From: Auanema rhodensis
Lineage: Eukaryota > Animalia > Nematoda
DNA length: 64,000 nucleotides
Reading direction: 5' to 3'
Assembly: GCA_964057225.1 (NCBI GenBank)
Contig: OZ059896.1
Location: 248,001 to 312,000 of the forward strand
The notes below the pieces were generated by a model. The model was not told the DNA's origin. It did no database searches and saw nothing but the letters and a program-made list of their open reading frames with translations. A program made the position numbers and the translations under genes. Positions 56,496 through 64,000 of this stretch are shown piece after piece; position 1 is the stretch's first letter; each line of letters starts with the position of its first letter.

Positions 56496-58959
56496 CATAA
56501 ATTAAAGTTCACGTAAATTTCAAAGTCATGGTTACCATGAACCAATATCAATAAAAATTTGTTTTTAGACTAATATGGACATGGGGAATCTAATTTTGAA
56601 AACCGCATCTCTTTATCTTTCACGTGAAGCGAGTTACATACCAAGTGCACATCACGTGTACATTTAATTAGCATAAATTAAAGTTCACGTAAATTTCAAA
56701 GTCATGGTTACCATGAACCAATATCAATAAAAATTTGTTTTTAGACTAATATGGACATGGGTAATCTATTTTTGAAAACCGCATCTCTTTATCTTTCACG
56801 TGAAGCGAGTTACATACCAAGTGCACATCACGTGTACATTTAATTAGCATAAATTAAAGTTCACGTAAATTTCAAAGTCATGGTTACCATGCACCAATAT
56901 CAATAAAAATTTGTTTTTAGACTAATATGGACATGGGGAATCTAATTTTGAAAACCGCATCTCTTTATCTTTCACGTGAAGCGAGTTACATACCAAGTGC
57001 ACATCACGTGTACATTTAATTAGCATAAATTAAAGTTCACGTAAATTTCAAAGTCATGGTTACCATGAACCAATATCAATAAAAATTTGTTTTTAGACTA
57101 ATATGGACATGGGGAATCTAATTTTGAAAACCGCATCTCTTTATCTTTCACGTGAAGCGAGTTACATACCAAGTGCACATCACGTGTACATTTAATTAGC
57201 ATAAATTAAAGTTCACGTAAATTTCAAAGTCATGGTTACCATGAGGCAATATCAATAAAAATTCGTTTTTAGACTAATATGGACATGGGGAATCTAATTT
57301 TGAAAACCGCATCTCTTTATCTTTCACGTGAAGCGAGTTACATACCAAGTGCACATCATGTGTACATTTAATTAGCATAAATTAAAGTTCACGTAAATTT
57401 CAAAGTCATGGTTACCATGCACCAATATCAATAAAAATTTGTTTTTAGACTAATATGGACATGGGGAATCTAATTTTGAAAACCGCATCTCTTTATCTTT
57501 CACGTGAAGCGAGTTACATACCAAGTGCACATCACGTGTACATTTAATTAGCATAAATTAAAGTTCACGTAAATTTCAAAGTCATGGTTACCATGCACCA
57601 ATATCAATAAAAATTTGTTTTTAGACTAATATGGACATGGGGAATCTAATTTTGAAAACCGCATCTCTTTATCTTTCACGTGAAGCGAGTTACATACCAA
57701 GTGCACATCACGTGTACATTTAATTAGCATAAATTAAAGTTCACGTAAATTTCAAAGTCATGGTTACCATGCACCAATATCAATAAAAATTTGTTTTTAG
57801 ACTAATATGGACATGGGGAATCTAATTTTGAAAACCGCATCTCTTTATCTTTCACGTGAAGCGAGTTACATACCAAGTGCACATCACGTGTACATTTAAT
57901 TAGCATAAATTAAAGTTCACGTAAATTTCAAAGTCATGGTTACCATGAACCAATATCAATAAAAATTTGTTTTTAGACTAATATGGACATGGGGAATCTA
58001 ATTTTGAAAACCGCATCTCTTTATCTTTCACGTGAAGCGAGTTACATACCAAGTGCACATCACGTGTACATTTAATTAGCATAAATTAAAGTTCACGTAA
58101 ATTTCAAAGTCATGGTTACCATGCACCAATATCAATAAAAATTTGTATTTAGACTAATATGGACATGGGGAATCTAATTTTGAAAACCGCATCTCTTTAT
58201 CTTTCACGTGAAGCGAGTTACATACCAAGTGCACATCACGTGTACATTTAATTAGCATAAATTAAAGTTCACGTAAATTTCAAAGTCATGGTTACCATGC
58301 ACCAATATCAATAAAAATTTGTTTTTAGACTAATATGGACATGGGGAATCTAATTTTGAAAACCGCATCTCTTTATCTTTCACGTGAAGCGAGTTACATA
58401 CCAAGTGCACATCACGTGTACATTTAATTAGCATAAATTAAAGTTCACGTAAATTTCAAAGTCATGGTTACCATGAACCAATATCAATAAAAATTTGTAT
58501 TTAGACTAATATGGACATGGGGAATCTAATTTTGAAAACCGCATCTCTTTATCTTTCACGTGAAGCGAGTTACATACCAAGTGCACATCACGTGTACATT
58601 TAATTAGCATAAATTAAAGTTCACGTAAATTTCAAAGTCATGGTTACCATGAACCAATATCAATAAAAATTTGTTTTTAGACTAATATGGACATGGGGAA
58701 TCTAATTTTGAAAACCGCATCTCTTTATCTTTCACGTGAAGCGAGTTACATACCAAGTGCACATCACGTGTACATTTAATTAGCATAAATTAAAGTTCAC
58801 GTAAATTTCAAAGTCATGGTTACCATGCACCAATATCAATAAAAATTTGTATTTAGACTAATATGGACATGGGGAATCTAATTTTGAAAACCGCATCTCT
58901 TTATCTTTCACGTGAAGCGAGTTACATACCAAGTGCACATCACGTGTACATTTAATTAG

Positions 58960-60543
58960 CATAAATTAAAGTTCACGTAAATTTCAAAGTCATGGTTACC
59001 ATGCACCAATATCAATAAAAATTTGTTTTTAGACTAATATGGACATGGGGAATCTAATTTTGAAAACCGCATCTCTTTATCTTTCACGTGAAGCGAGTTA
59101 CATACCAAGTGCACATCACGTGTACATTTAATTAGCATAAATTAAAGTTCACGTAAATTTCAAAGTCATGGTTACCATGAACCAATATCAATAAAAATTT
59201 GTTTTTAGACTAATATGGACATGGGGAATCTAATTTTGAAAACCGCATCTCTTTATCTTTCACGTGAAGCGAGTTACATACCAAGTGCACATCACGTGTA
59301 CATTTAATTAGCATAAATTAAAGTTCACGTAAATTTCAAAGTCATGGTTACCATGAACCAATATCAATAAAAATTTGTTTTTAGACTAATATGGACATGG
59401 GGAATCTAATTTTGAAAACCGCATCTCTTTATCTTTCACGTGAAGCGAGTTACATACCAAGTGCACATCACGTGTACATTTAATTAGCATAAATTAAAGT
59501 TCACGTAAATTTCAAAGTCATGGTTACCATGAACCAAAATCAATAAAAATTTGTTTTTAGACTAATATGGACATGGGGAATCTAATTTTGAAAACCGCAT
59601 CTCTTTATCTTTCACGTGAAGCGAGTTACATACCAAGTGCACATCACGTGTACATTTAATTAGCATAAATTAAAGTTCACGTAAATTTCAAAGTCATGGT
59701 TACCATGAACCAATATCAATAAAAATTTGTTTTTAGACTAATATGGACATGGGGAATCTAATTTTGAAAACCGCATCTCTTTATCTTTCACGTGAAGCGA
59801 GTTACATACCAAGTGCACATCACGTGTACATTTAATTAGCATAAATTAAAGTTCACGTAAATTTCAAAGTCATGGTTACCATGCACCAATATCAATAAAA
59901 ATTTGTTTTTAGACTAATATGGACATGGGGAATCTAATTTTGAAAACCGCATCTCTTTATCTTTCACGTGAAGCGAGTTACATACCAAGTGCACATCACG
60001 TGTACATTTAATTAGCATAAATTAAAGTTCACGTAAATTTCAAAGTCATGGTTACCATGAACCAATATCAATAAAAATTTGTTTTTAGACTAATATGGAC
60101 ATGGGGAATCTAATTTTGAAAACCGCATCTCTTTATCTTTCACGTGAAGCGAGTTACATACCAAGTGCACATCACGTGTACATTTAATTAGCATAAATTA
60201 AAGTTCACGTAAATTTCAAAGTCATGGTTACCATGAACCAATATCAATAAAAATTTGTTTTTAGACTAATATGGACATGGGGAATCTAATTTTGAAAACC
60301 GCATCTCTTTATCTTTCACGTGAAGCGAGTTACATACCAAGTGCACATCACGTGTACATTTAATTAGCATAAATTAAAGTTCACGTAAATTTCAAAGTCA
60401 TGGTTACCATGAACCAAAATCAATAAAAATTTGTTTTTAGACTAATATGGACATGGGGAATCTAATTTTGAAAACCGCATCTCTTTATCTTTCACGTGAA
60501 GCGAGTTACATACCAAGTGCACATCACGTGTACATTTAATTAG
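58960..60543 (+). repeat. 5-monomer-period duplication (880 bp)
   Basis: Rare CCAAAATC variant at 59538 and 60418, each preceded by C,A,A-type monomers. Confidence 0.8.
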
Positions 60544-63311
60544 CATAAATTAAAGTTCACGTAAATTTCAAAGTCATGGTTACCATGAGGCAATATCAAT
60601 AAAAATTCGTTTTTAGACTAATATGGACATGGGGAATCTAATTTTGAAAACCGCATCTCTTTATCTTTCACGTGAAGCGAGTTACATACCAAGTGCACAT
60701 CATGTGTACATTTAATTAGCATAAATTAAAGTTCACGTAAATTTCAAAGTCATGGTTACCAAGAAGCAATATCAATAAAAATTTGTTTTTAGACTAATAT
60801 GGACATGGGGAATCTAATTTTGAAAACCGCATCTCTTTATCTTTCACGTGAAGCGAGTTACATACCAAGTGCACATCACGTGTACATTTAATTAGCATAA
60901 ATTAAAGTTCACGTAAATTTCAAAGTCATGGTTACCATGAACCAATATCAATAAAAATTTGTTTTTAGACTAATATGGACATGGGGAATCTAATTTTGAA
61001 AACCGCATCTCTTTATCTTTCACGTGAAGCGAGTTACATACCAAGTGCACATCACGTGTACATTTAATTAGCATAAATTAAAGTTCACGTAAATTTCAAA
61101 GTCATGGTTACCATGAAGCAATATCAATAAAAATTTGTTTTTAGACTAATATGGACATGGGGAATCTAATTTTGAAAACCGCATCTCTTTATCTTTCACG
61201 TGAAGCGAGTTACATACCAAGTGCACATCACGTGTACATTTAATTAGCATGAATTAAAGTTCACGTAAATTTCAAAGTCATGGTTACCATGCACCAATAT
61301 CAATAAAAATTTGTTTTTAGACTAATATGGACATGGGGAATCTAATTTTGAAAACCGCATCTCTTTATCTTTCACGTGAAGCGAGTTACATACCAAGTGC
61401 ACATCACGTGTACATTTAATTAGCATAAATTAAAGTTCACGTAAATTTCAAAGTCATGGTTACCATGCACCAATATCAATAAAAATTTGTTTTTAGACTA
61501 ATATGGACATGGGGAATCTAATTTTGAAAACCGCATCTCTTTATCTTTCACGTGAAGCGAGTTTCATACCAAGTGCACATCACGTGTACATTTAATTAGC
61601 ATAAATTAAAGTTCACGTAAATTTCAAAGTCATGGTTACCATGAACCAATATCAATAAAAATTTGTTTTTAGACTAATATGGACATGGGGAATCTAATTT
61701 TGAAAACCGCATCTCTTTATCTTTCACGTGAAGCGAGTTACATACCAAGTGCACATCACGTGTACATTTAATTAGCATAAATTAAAGTTCACGTAAATTT
61801 CAAAGTCATGGTTACCATGCACCAATATCAATAAAAATTTGTATTTAGACTAATATGGACATGGGGAATCTAATTTTGAAAACCGCATCTCTTTATCTTT
61901 CACGTGAAGCGAGTTACATACCAAGTGCACATCACGTGTACATTTAATTAGCATAAATTAAAGTTCACGTAAATTTCAAAGTCATGGTTACCATGCACCA
62001 ATATCAATAAAAATTTGTTTTTAGACTAATATGGACATGGGGAATCTAATTTTGAAAACCGCATCTCTTTATCTTTCACGTGAAGCGAGTTACATACCAA
62101 GTGCACATCACGAGTACATTTAATTAGCATAAATTAAAGTTCACGTAAATTTCAAAGTCATGGTTACCATGCACCAATATCAATAAAAATTTGTTTTTAG
62201 ACTAATATGGACATGGGGAATCTAATTTTGAAAACCGCATCTCTTTATCTTTCACGTGAAGCGAGTTACATACCAAGTGCACATCACGTGTACATTTAAT
62301 TAGCATAAATTAAAGTTCACGTAAATTTCAAAGTCATGGTTACCATGCACCAATATCAATAAAAATTTGTTTTTAGACTAATATGGACATGGGGAATCTA
62401 ATTTTGAAAACCGCATCTCTTTATCTTTCACGTGAAGCGAGTTACATACCAAGTGCACATCACGTGTACATTTAATTAGCATAAATTAAAGTTCACGTAA
62501 ATTTCAAAGTCATGGTTACCATGAACCAATATCAATAAAAATTTGTTTTTAGACTAATATGGACATGGGGAATCTAATTTTGAAAACCGCATCTCTTTAT
62601 CTTTCACGTGAAGCGAGTTACATACCAAGTGCACATCACGTGTACATTTAATTAGCATAAATTAAAGTTCACGTAAATTTCAAAGTCATGGTTACCATGC
62701 ACCAATATCAATAAAAATTTGTTTTTAGACTAATATGGACATGGGGAATCTAATTTTGAAAACCGCATCTCTTTATCTTTCACGTGAAGCGAGTTACATA
62801 CCAAGTGCACATCACGTGTACATTTAATTAGCATAAATTAAAGTTCACGTAAATTTCAAAGTCATGGTTACCATGAACCAATATCAATAAAAATTTGTTT
62901 TTAGACTAATATGGACATGGGGAATCTAATTTTGAAAACCGCATCTCTTTATCTTTCACGTGAAGCGAGTTACATACCAAGTGCACATCACGTGTACATT
63001 TAATTAGCATAAATTAAAGTTCACGTAAATTTCAAAGTCATGGTTACCATGCACCAATATCAATAAAAATTTGTTTTTAGACTAATATGGACATGGGGAA
63101 TCTAATTTTGAAAACCGCATCTCTTTATCTTTCACGTGAAGCGAGTTACATACCAAGTGCACATCACGTGTACATTTAATTAGCATAAATTAAAGTTCAC
63201 GTAAATTTCAAAGTCATGGTTACCATGCACCAATATCAATAAAAATTTGTTTTTAGACTAATATGGACATGGGGAATCTAATTTTGAAAACCGCATCTCT
63301 TCATCTTTCAC

Positions 63312-63353
63312 GTGAAGCGAGTTACATACCAAGTGAAGCGAGTTACATACCAA
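63312..63353 (+). repeat. 21-bp intra-monomer tandem duplication giving a 197-bp monomer (63184-63380)
   Basis: GTGAAGCGAGTTACATACCAA occurs twice in direct succession; downstream phase shifts by +21. Confidence 0.97.
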
Positions 63354-64000
63354 GTGCACATCACGTGTACATTTAATTAGCATAAATTAAAGTTCACGTA
63401 AATTTCAAAGTCATGGTTACCATGCGCCAATATCAATAAAAATTTGTTTTTAGACTAATATGGACATGGGGAATCTAATTTTGAAAACCGCATCTCTTTA
63501 TCTTTCACGTGAAGCGAGTTACAAACCAAGTGCACATCACGTGTACATTTAATTAGCATAAATTAAAGTTCACGTAAATTTCAAAGTCATGGTTACCATG
63601 AACCAATATCAATAAAAATTTGTTTTTAGACTAATATGGACATGGGGAATCTAATTTTGAAAACCGCATCTCTTTATCTTTCACGTGAAGCGAGTTACAT
63701 ACCAAGTGCACATCACGTGTACATTTAATTAGCATAAATTAAAGTTCACGTAAATTTCAAAGTCATGGTTACCATGAACCAATATCAATAAAAATTTGTT
63801 TTTAGACTAATATGGACATGGGGAATCTAATTTTGAAAACCGCATCTCTTTATCTTTCACGTGAAGCGAGTTACATACCAAGTGCACATCACGTGTACAT
63901 TTAATTAGCATAAATTAAAGTTCACGTAAATTTCAAAGTCATGGTTACCATGCACCAATATCAATAAAAATTTGTTTTTAGACTAATATGGACATGGGGA

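Larger units (their letters stand above)
1..64000 (+). repeat. Tandem satellite DNA array, 176-bp monomer, ~363.5 copies, candidate centromeric/pericentromeric satellite
   Basis: CATAAATTAAAGTTCACG recurs at 1, 177, 353, 529 ... and stays in exact 176-bp phase from 1760 to 63184. Both window ends fall inside the array. Monomers are about 98-100% identical to consensus. The centromeric role is inferred, not shown. Confidence 0.99.

Noticed and set aside
1-64000. CRISPR-like array (palindromic repeats with a variable segment)
   Set aside because: There are no unique spacers. The variable part is 1-4 SNPs in a 176-bp unit, and no cas genes or leader are present.
1-64000. Identity with known similar-sized satellites (Brassica CentBr 176 bp, Arabidopsis CEN178, primate alpha)
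   Set aside because: Only the length is similar; I see no sequence resemblance to those consensuses from memory. A database search is needed for any assignment.
1-64000. Hidden embedded gene, transposon or inversion within the array
   Set aside because: Reading through the window, every segment conforms to the monomer in the same orientation and phase. Only the -1 and +21 bp events interrupt it.
1-64000. Pure assembly artefact or synthetic concatemer
   Set aside because: The hierarchical, position-dependent SNP structure with private mutations is typical of a real evolving array, although individual perfect duplications still need read validation.

Overview
The whole 64-kb window is one uninterrupted, head-to-tail array of an AT-rich (~32% GC) 176-bp satellite monomer, about 363.5 copies, all on the same strand. 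Consensus: CATAAATTAAAGTTCACGTAAATTTCAAAGTCATGGTTACCATG[A/C]ACCAATATCAATAAAAATTTGTTTTTAGACTAATATGGACATGGGGAATCTAATTTTGAAAACCGCATCTCTTTATCTTTCACGTGAAGCGAGTTACATACCAAGTGCACATCACGTGTACATTTAATTAG. Most copies differ from it at 0-3 positions. I saw only two length changes: a 1-bp deletion near 1655 and a 21-bp duplication at 63312-63353. I found no protein gene, RNA gene, transposon, inversion or CRISPR array. Monomer size, homogeneity and dense dyad symmetry suggest a eukaryotic (peri)centromeric satellite, but this is inference and I do not recognise the family or species. The information lies in (i) the monomer's motifs (three phased TCACGT/E-box cores, a 7/9 CENP-B-box-like match, many palindromes) and (ii) the SNP pattern, which records nested local block duplications of 1-22 monomers, long-range recurring cassettes and a sub-family boundary near 9.85 kb. 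Monomer n starts at 1+176(n-1) for n<=10 and at 176(n-1) for n=11-360. All variant calls were made by eye.
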